Source: a virus
Taxonomy: Duplodnaviria; Caudoviricetes
Direction: 5' to 3' (one strand)
DNA length: 24,219 nt
IMG/VR virus record: IMGVR_UViG_3300027757_000029
Location: 1-24,219 of that record
A program made the translations under genes and the position numbers. Of the stretch, positions 10,201-18,961 are shown piece by piece (within the stretch, counting starts at the first letter, position 1; each line of letters starts with the position of its first letter). The notes beneath the pieces were generated by a model, which did no database searches, was not told the DNA's origin, and was given only the letters and a program-made list of their open reading frames with translations.

Positions 10201-11458
10201 GGTTTTTAGCCAACCCATCAAACACCTTCATCAATAGATTAGATGCATTGTTCCCTTTATTAAAATCTTCAACTAATATTACCCAAGCATTACTAAGTCT
10301 TGTTGTGGCCGCTTGTAAAGTCTCTACTTTTTTTATTTTATCAAGACCAAAAGCGATTTCTACTTGTTTCGCAAAGCCCGGAAGAACGTCTTTGGTGATT
10401 ACTTGACCTTTTTTTAGCATTTGGTCTAATTCAGAAGTGGTTACTCCCATAGAATTTGCCATGATATCCATCGCACCAGGTAATCTTTCACCTAATTGTC
10501 GACGAAGTTCCTCTGTGGTTATCTTTCCTTTGGAAACCATTTGCTCCAATGCCAAGAAGACACCCTGTAGTTCATCGGATTTTAAACCTAAAACACCAGC
10601 GGCCTTGGTCATTGTTCCAAATATTGCTTGTGTTTCTTTTGCAGTTAATCCTGCTTGTTGTGTTGCAGCTCTAAACTTTATAAATCTATTAGTTACGACA
10701 AGTAAATCTGCACCATAATCTTGAGCAATTTGTCTTAGGAATTCTTGAGATTCAATAAATTCTCTTGAATTAGTTATAACTGCTTGCATAGAGAAACGCA
10801 TTGAGTCTAACTTTTTAGTTAAATTAAAAGCCCCTTTAGCTGCGTTTGCAAATAATGTAATTCCTCCAATAACTCCAAAAGCAGTCATTAAACTTTTAGC
10901 GGATCTAACTAAGCCACCAAAACTAGTGTTACTGAAATTTGATACTGCTTTTTTAGCTGCATTTGCTTTATTTTGAAGTTTCTGAAACTCTTTTTGGGCT
11001 TGTTTTAACCTAATATTATATTTTTTTTGAGATTCACCAGCCTTTTTTCCTTCAGTCTGAATATCTAAATAGGCTTTTTTTGCTATTTTCAACTTCGCAG
11101 TAAGTTTTGCCATACCTCCAACAACTTTACTTAATGTGGATACATGGTTTTTCATGTCTCTGTTTAAAGCCGCTACTTCAACCCTTTCTTTTGCTTCGGC
11201 TTCTGTTAAAATTTTTGATGCCGTATTTCTTTTCTTATTTGCTGCATTAAGTCTAGTGACATGACCCTCAAGTCTCTTGATAGCATCTGCTTGTTGCCTT
11301 AATTGGTCGGTTGTTTTGCTTGGGATTTGTGATGTGCCATACTTCTCTAATTGAGCAATAGTGCTTTTTAGACGTTCATCCAACTTTACAACTTCACCCG
11401 TGATGTCGCTAAGAGCCTTTTTTGCTTTTGTGACTGCACTACTATAATTATTTTCCAT
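7277..11458 (-). CDS. Tail tape measure protein (1393 aa)
   Basis: Conserved tape-measure core (ELQGVFLALEQMVSKGKITTEELRRQLGERLPGAMDIMANSMGVTTSELDQMLKKGQV), long Ala/Lys/Glu coiled coils, hydrophobic segments, and a C-terminal IPKFEKGT...GGMALVDEKRPE motif. Confidence 0.95.
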   Translation of the reverse strand: MENNYSSAVTKAKKALSDITGEVVKLDERLKSTIAQLEKYGTSQIPSKTTDQLRQQADAIKRLEGHVTRLNAANKKRNTASKILTEAEAKERVEVAALNRDMKNHVSTLSKVVGGMAKLTAKLKIAKKAYLDIQTEGKKAGESQKKYNIRLKQAQKEFQKLQNKANAAKKAVSNFSNTSFGGLVRSAKSLMTAFGVIGGITLFANAAKGAFNLTKKLDSMRFSMQAVITNSREFIESQEFLRQIAQDYGADLLVVTNRFIKFRAATQQAGLTAKETQAIFGTMTKAAGVLGLKSDELQGVFLALEQMVSKGKITTEELRRQLGERLPGAMDIMANSMGVTTSELDQMLKKGQVITKDVLPGFAKQVEIAFGLDKIKKVETLQAATTRLSNAWVILVEDFNKGNNASNLLMKVFDGLAKNLPLIVKGVGYLIAAWVGLKTVQLALVAQTYLLNGGLATHLWYVKANIVAAWNDVRAKTAQTTSTGILATATNILKGAFMKLWAVMIANPILALIAVVAVVAVSMRDFGKTTLETAEELNALHKETLDQVSASSKLVNETTILMRRYEDLHYILNKTVEEQKEYNKVVAEIGKAYPEVIVSVNEYGVAQEINLGILKQLLDNERQLAKVRAENASVDLFGSLEDQTEKLAWIEAGNAAYVKGAGKVIKTFGELNSVVGDGVNQTRELLKGDKLEAYLKWEQSALKAKLETERLTKALKDQQEQLADPEGYAARKAKEAQDAIDKTKTHIKILPGLRDSLKKAEDSLAEFGKKGFDTLEKEGVEKVKKLRDSIKELQTEITEITGESFKKKREPSDSKAENEAERRLRASLKSNQDLLTAQAKTEKIRLNVIISANQAILDNDESTFLEKIDARRNIETTSNTIAKNEAEYQVAMADAVLQYYKDSAKKTTKEKEDALKVFLAKTQEIAEKQVADEEQAKQKGLKNTDKIFKSEFDKKKKSIEDQKALDSEEVEEISNAQGLYATELKALQLSLANKEISVKTYNSSLEVLTLKHEKNIAKIKRDIQLKTLKDTIDMWQKLIDADPFMSAEDKLEAEKMLADAKMALSDQVLDNELENIATEKAAREAFVKVRTELIGQASTILADSLGLDADNLQTLMLDVVDGFGKSADDILGTIGNVSAVVGDIMSSIHQNNIDNIDEQIQRNKDKYAEALADETLSVEQRSDMEAERDLKEAQLEKKKRAERTKQAKTEKAFAVFQIGLKTAQAILGIWAEVPKFDFGISAGLLTGIVSALGAGQMAAVLAAPIPKFEKGTMNAPGGMALVDEKRPEIHTDRHGNIKSFGANAPNLRYLEQGDKIYKSHEDFFDYGAKDSIQRSVWNMNTHNLKAESQDKFLAMEIKKMVQALDRKNMSVKLNQKINVADDLNFLFSKNDTL

Positions 11459-12101
11459 TTTGACTACGTCTTTGAGTGTTTAAATTATCTGCAACCTTAC
11501 ATATTTCAATCCACTTTAAAACACTAGTGGTTTTTGGGTCGATATTATTTTTTCCTGTAATCTGTTCTAGCGTTACTGCTTGCGATTCTAGAGTGGAGAC
11601 ACCTTCTCCGTTGTTATTTTTATTTAAAGCTTTTAATTCGCTTCTTTTTAGCCCTAATTTGTTAGTTGAAGCCTTATGTTGAGTAAACAGTCTGTTTAAT
11701 TCTGTTATTTTGTCGTTTTTCTTATTGTATTTGTATTTCCACTTACTAAGCATTTCAATATACGTATCTAATGTAGATTCGCTCATCTCTCTTTGTAGTA
11801 TTTGTTGCAACAAAATCTCTGCAACTTTAAATCTTGTCTCTAAATAAGCTACTTCGGATATTAATTGATAGTAATAAAGTATTTCGTTATTATCACTTGC
11901 TTTAACCCATTCATCAAAGATGTTTTTCCAAGTTTGGTCTATGTCTTTAGGTAACTTCACATCATTATACCCATCAAAATCAACTAATAGGTATCGATAG
12001 TCCGAAGTCTTGTAGACTATGTCAAAATTAAAAATAGATAATTCTGAGCAGTTTCTATAGACTTTGATTATTTTCTTGTTCCTTTTAAATAAATTTATCA
12101 T
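11448..12101 (-). CDS. Putative tail assembly chaperone-like protein (likely start MINLF at 12101)
   Basis: Helical protein directly upstream of the tape measure. The ATG at 12101 overlaps the upstream TGA (ATGA), which favours this start over 12119. Confidence 0.5.
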   Translation of the reverse strand: MINLFKRNKKIIKVYRNCSELSIFNFDIVYKTSDYRYLLVDFDGYNDVKLPKDIDQTWKNIFDEWVKASDNNEILYYYQLISEVAYLETRFKVAEILLQQILQREMSESTLDTYIEMLSKWKYKYNKKNDKITELNRLFTQHKASTNKLGLKRSELKALNKNNNGEGVSTLESQAVTLEQITGKNNIDPKTTSVLKWIEICKVADNLNTQRRSQNGK

Positions 12102-12583
12102 ATGATAGGTAGCCACCAATTTTCTTCTATAAATTTAGCTAATTTTGGCTCAATAATGTTTTGATTAATCCATTTATTATTTTTTTCAGACAATTTAAAC
12201 AGTTTATCACCATAAGTTTTCTTTAAGAACGCCTCTTTTCCGTCTCTTGAAAAAATACTATAACTTTCATTTGCATCTGCTTCAAGAACCATTGAATCAA
12301 AAGTAGAACCCGTCCATTGAAAGTTGTAAGCATCTCCTGGAGCCTTTTCCTTTATTGGATGTGGTAAGGCTTGTGCGAATAACTGAGTCGCTTCAGAGTA
12401 AAAACCCGTACCATCAGACCACTTTAATGGTCTGCCAGTTGAGTATTGACCTAAACCTAATTGTTTATCTTGTAAAACACGAATTATCTCATCTGCATTT
12501 TCCTTTACTATTTGCTTCGCATAATCGTCGATAAACTCCTCAAGATGGAGTAAGTTCCTTATATGTTTTGCTACTACGGTCAT
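12098..12583 (-). CDS. Putative tail completion/neck (virion morphogenesis-like) protein (161 aa)
   Basis: The pattern QL..G...TG.PL...YSE.T...K...YNFQWTGSTFDSM resembles HK97 gp10/Mu gpG-like tail completion proteins. Located in the tail module. Confidence 0.45.
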   Translation of the reverse strand: MTVVAKHIRNLLHLEEFIDDYAKQIVKENADEIIRVLQDKQLGLGQYSTGRPLKWSDGTGFYSEATQLFAQALPHPIKEKAPGDAYNFQWTGSTFDSMVLEADANESYSIFSRDGKEAFLKKTYGDKLFKLSEKNNKWINQNIIEPKLAKFIEENWWLPII

Positions 12584-12586
12584 GAT

Positions 12587-12627
12587 ATAAATAGAGCCTT
12601 TAACATGACGCTAAAGGCTCTTATTTT
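12587..12627 (-). terminator. Intrinsic terminator-like hairpin after the major tail protein gene
   Basis: Inverted repeat AGAGCCTTTA (12593-12602) / TAAAGGCTCT (12612-12621), extendable by G-U pairs on the minus strand. A/T-rich flanks on both sides; the U tail is weak. Confidence 0.7.
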
Positions 12628-12649
12628 AGCTATTAATCAATACTTGTAC

Positions 12650-13570
12650 TTATACTGCTAACTTGCTCTCTACATTAGACTTGTAAAGCGTTGCATCTTG
12701 CACGATTACATCTCTAGAGTTCGCTATATCATAAAGACCTACAGTAATAACCTCACCTGCCACAAGCGTAGCAACTGTTAAAGTGTAAGTACCTGCTGGT
12801 GCTTCTGTTACATCAGTAACAGTTTCAGCAACACCATCTCTTGTAACTTGGAAATCACCTATTACACCACCAACCCAAGGGTTTTGATTTTGCTTACTTT
12901 TAGCCGTAAATACAACTGAAGTACTTGCAGGAATAGAAGCTACTACCTCTACTTCATTAACACCATCAAGATTTTGAGGTTCAAATGACCCAAGATTCTT
13001 TTGTTGGATATAAATGTAGTTGCTATCTAATTCTTTTCTAACCAAGAATTGGAATGAGATACTTTCTTTTTGACCTACTGAGTCTGTTGGGAAAGCTAAT
13101 CTTGAACCTTGTAACATACCTACAGAGAATCCTTTTAAAGAACCATCAGAAGCTTTTGTTCCAATAATGTTACCATCTCTATCAACTAGAGAGATATCAT
13201 AAGAACCAAAACTGTTTAATGAATGTAAAGCAGCGTGAAATGCTAAACCATTAATAAACGTAGCCGTGAACTCGTACATCCCAAGTGTTGCAACTTGTTT
13301 TGTTCCATCTTCTAACGTTTCAATCGTATCGTCACTTGAATTGTCTGCAAAAGACTTGATGCCTTTTAATACAATCAAATTACCTTTCGCTTGCTCTAAC
13401 TGAGCGTATTCTTCATCTAATGTTGAAGCTCCATCATATTTGAATCCTTTTTGAGTAATCCAAAGAGATGTTGCTTTCTTCAAGAATTGAGTACAACCTT
13501 TTGTACCTGTTCCTAATACGGCTGATGTTCCGCATTCTACTAAATTATAAATTGTTCCTAATAATGCCAT
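12650..13570 (-). CDS. Major tail (tube) protein with C-terminal Ig-like domain (306 aa)
   Basis: Sits after the head-tail connectors and before the chaperone/tape measure genes, and is followed by a hairpin. The Thr/Val-rich C-terminus (VTEAPAGTYTLTVATLVAGEVITV) is typical of Ig-like decorations. Confidence 0.75.
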   Translation of the reverse strand: MALLGTIYNLVECGTSAVLGTGTKGCTQFLKKATSLWITQKGFKYDGASTLDEEYAQLEQAKGNLIVLKGIKSFADNSSDDTIETLEDGTKQVATLGMYEFTATFINGLAFHAALHSLNSFGSYDISLVDRDGNIIGTKASDGSLKGFSVGMLQGSRLAFPTDSVGQKESISFQFLVRKELDSNYIYIQQKNLGSFEPQNLDGVNEVEVVASIPASTSVVFTAKSKQNQNPWVGGVIGDFQVTRDGVAETVTDVTEAPAGTYTLTVATLVAGEVITVGLYDIANSRDVIVQDATLYKSNVESKLAV

Positions 13571-13571
13571 T

Positions 13572-13730
13572 TTAAACTATATTTTGTTGTTTGTAAAATT
13601 TGTATCCTTCTACCGTTAGGGCGATTTTCGCACCTTTCGGTTTAAGTTCGTTCCCAACCACAGTTGCTCTTTTTAAGGGATATAACTTAGAGCCTTTTTT
13701 AATTGTTTTTTCTGCTTTTTTTCTTGCCAT
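13572..13730 (-). CDS. Small basic hypothetical protein (52 aa; below ORF-track cutoff)
   Basis: MARKKAEKTIKKGSKLYPLKRATVVGNELKPKGAKIALTVEGYKFYKQQNIV exactly fills the gap, 1 nt from each neighbour. Confidence 0.75.
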   Translation of the reverse strand: MARKKAEKTIKKGSKLYPLKRATVVGNELKPKGAKIALTVEGYKFYKQQNIV

Positions 13731-13731
13731 C

Positions 13732-14277
13732 TTAATTACATTTTTCAGTTAAATAATACTCTAAATCCCCTATAATTGCAAAAGTGTGAAGAGGATGCAT
13801 ATCTGTTTCTAATTCGACATCGGTGTAAGTGTATCCGTAGAACACATTCCTAACGGTTTTCTCTAGTCCTGTAATCGTGAAATTGTTAATTGCGCTCTTG
13901 TTTAAGATTGAAACCACTTTTTCTTGCACTACAACATCAGCCCTTTCGTCATCATCATACCCGATCTCATCAAGGTTTAGCATAAAACAAATTTTTATTC
14001 TTGTCTTAAAAACTACCCCATCAGCAGATTGGTGGTCATGGTTTTCTAGGAAAAACATTATTCCTTTTGCATTCTCTGAATCATCATAAAATGCATCTAG
14101 ATACTCGTTTCTTCCTTTGTAAACCTCAGGTATAAACCCAAGTTGTTTTCTATTCTTGTAAACTCGTCCATAAGCATCAATATCTCCCCAGCTTTCAACA
14201 AGACTACCATGTAGGTAGTTCTGTATCTTCTGAACTTCCTTATCTATCCCTATTGGGTTATTTAGGTTATAGTTCAT
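13732..14277 (-). CDS. Putative tail terminator/head-tail connector (likely start MNYNL at 14277, 181 aa)
   Basis: Synteny. The ATG at 14277 gives a short overlap with the upstream stop at 14267; the longer start at 14346 would overlap by 80 nt. Confidence 0.5.
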   Translation of the reverse strand: MNYNLNNPIGIDKEVQKIQNYLHGSLVESWGDIDAYGRVYKNRKQLGFIPEVYKGRNEYLDAFYDDSENAKGIMFFLENHDHQSADGVVFKTRIKICFMLNLDEIGYDDDERADVVVQEKVVSILNKSAINNFTITGLEKTVRNVFYGYTYTDVELETDMHPLHTFAIIGDLEYYLTEKCN

Positions 14278-14881
14278 TGCCTGGATAAATATTAATATTA
14301 ACAGCTTCGCCCCTTGAAATGGATTGCAACTTTTTGTTTTGACCAAAAAACCTCTTTAATTCAAATATCTCAGCCCCATATCTAGATGTGATACCCATAG
14401 AATATTTATAGTTTCTATTTGTAACAGCAAATCTAACATTGGAACTTCCGATAATATCAAAATGAAGTTTATTAATGAATTCGTCTGAGAATCTCTGAGT
14501 CTTATTGGAGCGTGAACTCGTAATAATAATCTCAGAGACTATAATAACCATTCTCAATAAAATAACCTGATCAAACATCGTAATGTTTGCGTTTATCTCA
14601 TCTTCGTTAATGTCTGTCTTACTAAAAACATCTGAAATAATCTGATAAATTGATTGCTCTCTAAGTTGCCCAAGATAGTCATTCATTTCCTTATCGGAAA
14701 TATTTGATACCCTTTGGCAGTCTTTGATGTTATGTATGCTAACTGCCGAATGTTCGTCTTGAAAATAACGACCACTTTGTGTAGTTAGGTTCGTAGCATT
14801 GACTGTTATTGGAGATTTTATTTCTTGTCTCCAACCAATCCTATTTATCAATATATCTTTTATTTCAGTATGCGAAGCCAT
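14267..14881 (-). CDS. Putative head-tail adaptor/head completion protein (204 aa)
   Basis: First gene after the major capsid; helical composition. Assignment is by synteny only. Confidence 0.5.
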   Translation of the reverse strand: MASHTEIKDILINRIGWRQEIKSPITVNATNLTTQSGRYFQDEHSAVSIHNIKDCQRVSNISDKEMNDYLGQLREQSIYQIISDVFSKTDINEDEINANITMFDQVILLRMVIIVSEIIITSSRSNKTQRFSDEFINKLHFDIIGSSNVRFAVTNRNYKYSMGITSRYGAEIFELKRFFGQNKKLQSISRGEAVNINIYPGNEL

Positions 14882-14884
14882 ATC

Positions 14885-15898
14885 TTACCCTTGAACGAAT
14901 TTAAAAATTGGTGTTGCGTTTGCAGTACTCTCAAATGCACCTTGTGTTGTAAAGATTGTAGTCATTTCGTACTCATCAACTACATCTTGAACATTTCCAC
15001 CTGCTCCTGAGGTATCAACTAAACTTCTGTGAACATGTAAATCATGACTGATTCCCATAACTGAATCTTGGAAAGTTGTAAACATACCTTCGTTTGCTCC
15101 AGGGTCACCTAAACCTCTACGGTTTTGAGGCTCATTCCAAGTTGTCATTCCAACCATACCTGATCTCCAAGCATAAGCACTACCATTTGCAGAAGCAGTT
15201 AATTGCTCTTCTTCAATGTAGTTTAAACCTGGCATTTGGTAAGTTTCATTTGATGAGTTACCTGCTCCTTGTGCTGATAATCTTCTGAATTCAGCTGCAT
15301 TAACTTGGTCACCAACAACATCGTACATAGGACGATATTTGTTTTTTCTCATTGCTGCTTTCATGTAATCGAAGAAACGGTCTTTGTCACCTGATGCATT
15401 ATCAAATTGGTCATTCGTTACGGCATCGAAAGCCATAATTGAACTAGTAGCAACTTGGCTACGGTTTGTATCAAGCCATGCAGTATTATAAGAAGATAAA
15501 TCCTCATATATGTTAATCAATGCATTCTTGATGTTGTGCTGAAGAATCTCTTCGTAAGTGAATTGATTGTTATCAGCTTGCTTGTAAGAAACTTTGAATT
15601 TTTGTACTCTTTTCAAGTACGCAATATCTTTTTCAAAAGAATCAGCGAATCCTGCGGCAGCGTGAGCGGCCTCTTTTGCAGTTCCTGAAGCGATTGAGTT
15701 TCTGTTGAACAATATAGCCTTAGTAGGCTGTTCGTCTGATTGTTTCAAAGCATTACTGTTTTGAAATACGCTATTGTCATTCTTTAATAGCATAGCTAAA
15801 AGTGAATGTTCCCACGTTCTCATTTCTGCATCACCCATGATACCGTTTTGAGACTTCGTGATAGCCTTTAATAATTGTGTTGCTGTTAAATTTGCCAT
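14885..15898 (-). CDS. Major capsid protein (337 aa)
   Basis: Size and position after the scaffold-like gene and before the connector genes. Ala/Asn/Gln-rich composition typical of highly expressed capsid proteins. Confidence 0.8.
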   Translation of the reverse strand: MANLTATQLLKAITKSQNGIMGDAEMRTWEHSLLAMLLKNDNSVFQNSNALKQSDEQPTKAILFNRNSIASGTAKEAAHAAAGFADSFEKDIAYLKRVQKFKVSYKQADNNQFTYEEILQHNIKNALINIYEDLSSYNTAWLDTNRSQVATSSIMAFDAVTNDQFDNASGDKDRFFDYMKAAMRKNKYRPMYDVVGDQVNAAEFRRLSAQGAGNSSNETYQMPGLNYIEEEQLTASANGSAYAWRSGMVGMTTWNEPQNRRGLGDPGANEGMFTTFQDSVMGISHDLHVHRSLVDTSGAGGNVQDVVDEYEMTTIFTTQGAFESTANATPIFKFVQG

Positions 15899-15899
15899 T

Positions 15900-16715
15900 T
15901 TAATTTAAAATTTCTGGATTATTATCTACATACGTTTTAAGCAACGCTTGTGCCTCTTGGCTTCCCGGATGTAGTCCTTTCTCGTTCATTTCCTTTTCAT
16001 AGTCCTCAAAAGAAGCTGATGCTCCTCCTGGGTTTGGGTTTGGATTTTGGTTTCGTCCACGACCTTTTGGGCCGCTTCCTTCAACATAATCCCATCCTCT
16101 ATCTGATACAAATGAACTAAGGACTTTATCTACTCCAAGATTTGATGCCATATCATCTTGTATTGGCTTATCATCTTTATACACTACGCCATCTCTAACT
16201 TCGTAAGTTTTTAGAAATAAATCTAAAACATCTTCATTTTTAAGACCGATATCAGCAAGCTTTGGAATTGCTCCTAAAAGCGTCGAACGGGTTTTAACGT
16301 TTGATACTTCCTTTTGTAATTCTGTATAAGCAGTTTCCTTTTGCGTTACTGTGTTTCTAAGTGTTTCTAATGATGCCTCTAATTCTGATACTTTTTTATT
16401 AGGCTCAATCTTTGCTTGGTCTAAGACAGTTTGTTTAAGGGTATCTATGAATTTTTGTGGGTCTTTAATAGACTCTTCAAATCCTACCAATTTACTCATG
16501 TCTTTTAACTGCATTTCCCTTGCAGCTGAACTACCTGCGTCATAACGTGCTTTTCCGTGATTGTCTTTGAGAGTTGTCTCTTGTTCAGTCGTTAGAAAAC
16601 GTCCTTCAGGTAATGTAATATCTACTTCATTTTCAGAAGTAATTCCTTGTGCAAATTCCTCTGCGTCGAGATTAAGCATACCCGCTATCTTCTCTAGTAT
16701 TTCCTTTTTAATCAT
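15900..16715 (-). CDS. Capsid scaffolding protein (271 aa)
   Basis: Acidic coiled coil (VSELEASLETLRNTVTQKETAYTELQKEV), Gly/Pro/Asn linker (GSGPKGRGRNQNPNPNPGG) and a short C-terminal helical domain. Immediately upstream of the capsid gene. Confidence 0.75.
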   Translation of the reverse strand: MIKKEILEKIAGMLNLDAEEFAQGITSENEVDITLPEGRFLTTEQETTLKDNHGKARYDAGSSAAREMQLKDMSKLVGFEESIKDPQKFIDTLKQTVLDQAKIEPNKKVSELEASLETLRNTVTQKETAYTELQKEVSNVKTRSTLLGAIPKLADIGLKNEDVLDLFLKTYEVRDGVVYKDDKPIQDDMASNLGVDKVLSSFVSDRGWDYVEGSGPKGRGRNQNPNPNPGGASASFEDYEKEMNEKGLHPGSQEAQALLKTYVDNNPEILN

Positions 16716-16719
16716 TTTA

Positions 16720-16962
16720 CTATTTTTTTGTTGCTTTTGGTTTCTTAGCTGTAGCTAACTTTACATATCTTTTTCCGTTTACCTTGGAATCTTGATTTAA
16801 AATTTCAGCGTATTTCTCTGATATACTAACAATCTTATCAGCATACTTAACTTCTACTTTGCTAATATGTTTCTCTTTTTTGACTTCGTTTTCCACCTTT
16901 TCTGTGGCTACTTTTTCGGTAACCCAACTCCCATTGGTGTAAATTTCAACTTTGTGTTTCAT
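16720..16962 (-). CDS. Hypothetical Lys-rich protein (80 aa), probable paralogue of the upstream 105-aa protein
   Basis: Tightly packed ORF. Shares a V.I....A..LN.D....G...YV motif with 16965..17282. Confidence 0.7.
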   Translation of the reverse strand: MKHKVEIYTNGSWVTEKVATEKVENEVKKEKHISKVEVKYADKIVSISEKYAEILNQDSKVNGKRYVKLATAKKPKATKK

Positions 16963-16964
16963 GT

Positions 16965-17282
16965 TTATTGTTTTAGTTCATTAATTAATTCTCTTAATTT
17001 TTTAGCATCCCAACCATGATATGCTTTCTTTTTAGAAAGTTGTTGGTATTCTTTAGCTAATTCTGATAATTCAGTTTCCTGATCCTCGTCAACAAGAACG
17101 TATTTAACCTGAACACCAACTCCTCTTGTTTTACTAAAATCAAGATTTAATTGGTCAGCCGATTCTTGTGTAATTTTTACTGTTTTTCCTTCACCTTTCT
17201 TTCCATCGGGTGTTGTGACTTTAAGAGGGATAAATTCTCCTCTATGCCATTCCATTATTCTGAATTTCTTCTGTTTTTCCAT
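16965..17282 (-). CDS. Hypothetical protein with C-terminal HeH/LEM-like helix-loop-helix (105 aa)
   Basis: The C-terminal ELSELAKEYQQLSKKKAYHGWDAKKLRELINELK matches the common phage 'L..EY..L.GKK...GW....L..KI' motif. Confidence 0.65.
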   Translation of the reverse strand: MEKQKKFRIMEWHRGEFIPLKVTTPDGKKGEGKTVKITQESADQLNLDFSKTRGVGVQVKYVLVDEDQETELSELAKEYQQLSKKKAYHGWDAKKLRELINELKQ

Positions 17283-18933
17283 CTGTTTTAGGTTTTGACT
17301 TAGTTTTAATATATAATTTTAATTCTTGTTCTAATCGTTTTTCGTCTTTCAATACAATATCGGCATCACTAAGTGTTCCATGCCATCCAATAAAGTATAT
17401 TTTCATTAACTTCTCTTCATCACCAATAAGTTCCGTTGCCACAACCTCACTAACACTCATGTTTGGAAAAGGCTCTATTTTAGACAGTTTTTTCTTTTTG
17501 GCTAGTTCTACTTCATCATTTTGGTATTCCGCATAGAAATACTTACTACGCATATCTTGTAGGATTAGGTCAGAGACCTTTTCTCTACTTGCTTCCATTA
17601 ACACCTTAAGAATCTCGTCAGGACTCTCTATAACGTATCTTGTGCCGTAACTCACAAAAGCATTATAATCACTTTTATTTAATGTTATTGAGCCGTAGCA
17701 ATTAAGTATAAATTGGTGCATTAAAGAGAATGTATGTGATACATCTCTAAGTCTATCTTGAACTGGTTGAGTATCTATAAATCTACCCGTTGCAGTTTCA
17801 TTTTTACCTCCTTGTTCAAATGTAGTTCCCCATAATACTTGGAAAAGGTAGTTCCGGGTATCTCTTATGTTGTCATCATACTTTTTCCATATCTCAATAG
17901 ATGGATTGACGTATCCAGCAACATTTGGAGCCGGGTCAACTTCATCTTTTTCAGGAATTGGTACAATCATCACATCACTTGGTGATACTTTTTGTTTGTA
18001 GCCTGCTCCTCCACATGAGGTACAGTCCGCTTCTAACCAAACATCAGAACCTGCTTCCTCCTCGTACTTGACTACACCTTCTCCGTGACACTTAGTACAA
18101 GCTTCGGGTCTCTGCCAATATTTAGCGAAACCTTGAGAGATTTTATGTATTTTGTTTATTGAAACATCGTGAAGTAAATCTTTAGCTTCTTCGTTTACAT
18201 CTGAAATGAAACTATCAAAAAGGTTTTTATTTGGGTTCTTTACATCCCCAACAACCATAGCTGGAACATATCCAAAGAAATTATCAAGTCTATCACCGAC
18301 AACTTCTCTTATTTTTTCTCCTTTAGAACCATCGTTACTAGGTTCTTTTACAAATATTCTATCTAATTCATCGTCTATTACTCTGAAATATGTCCTAGTT
18401 ACATCGTCTGCACCTTTCTTAACTTCACCTTTGAAGATGATAGCCCCTATCTTATTTCCTTGATTTTTGTACCATAGTATTTCTTTAGAGTCAACAAAAG
18501 ATGTATCTAGTTTACCCTGATCATCTAGGTCAATAAAAATAATACCATTAGGGTCTATAATATATTTCTTTAAGACAACCTTTTTTAAATACCTTTTTAT
18601 ATTAAGACCATCTGCAACTTCATTAACCGCTGCTTTTACTATTGCGATACTAGAATCATTAAGATTATAATTTATAGCACCTCCTTTTGCCGAGAATATT
18701 TTATCTAAAGGTCTAAGTATAAAAGAAAATACAGACTTGTTAGATTTCATTATTTTTTCACGAAGAATCTTCTGATTAGAGTTCTCATATTGGTCTAAAC
18801 CTTCTAAATATTCTTTCGCACCCTCACCTGTGATGTGCATATTCATTTCCTTTGCAAGCTTACTAGCAAGCTTTAACTCTTCGGAAACGCCTGCATATAT
18901 AAGGTTTTCAACTTCAGAATTGCTTAATTTCAT
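17242..18933 (-). CDS. Portal protein with inserted DnaJ-type zinc finger (563 aa)
   Basis: Follows terL. Portal-like motifs DNFFGYVPAMVVG and NETATGRFIDTQP. CTKCHGEG...CTSCGGAG at 18001-18099. Confidence 0.85.
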   Translation of the reverse strand: MKLSNSEVENLIYAGVSEELKLASKLAKEMNMHITGEGAKEYLEGLDQYENSNQKILREKIMKSNKSVFSFILRPLDKIFSAKGGAINYNLNDSSIAIVKAAVNEVADGLNIKRYLKKVVLKKYIIDPNGIIFIDLDDQGKLDTSFVDSKEILWYKNQGNKIGAIIFKGEVKKGADDVTRTYFRVIDDELDRIFVKEPSNDGSKGEKIREVVGDRLDNFFGYVPAMVVGDVKNPNKNLFDSFISDVNEEAKDLLHDVSINKIHKISQGFAKYWQRPEACTKCHGEGVVKYEEEAGSDVWLEADCTSCGGAGYKQKVSPSDVMIVPIPEKDEVDPAPNVAGYVNPSIEIWKKYDDNIRDTRNYLFQVLWGTTFEQGGKNETATGRFIDTQPVQDRLRDVSHTFSLMHQFILNCYGSITLNKSDYNAFVSYGTRYVIESPDEILKVLMEASREKVSDLILQDMRSKYFYAEYQNDEVELAKKKKLSKIEPFPNMSVSEVVATELIGDEEKLMKIYFIGWHGTLSDADIVLKDEKRLEQELKLYIKTKSKPKTDGKTEEIQNNGMA

Positions 18934-18961
18934 TTAATTAAAGAATAAAATGTGTTCATCG

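Noticed and set aside
14278-14346. Hydrophobic N-terminal extension (MVKTK...LLILIFIQA) of ORF 13732..14346 resembling a signal peptide
   Set aside because: Artefact of the longest-ORF call inside the upstream gene. The ATG at 14277 is the more plausible start.
16027-16053. NQNPNPNP hexamer-like repeat in the scaffold gene
   Set aside because: Ordinary flexible linker, common in scaffolding proteins.
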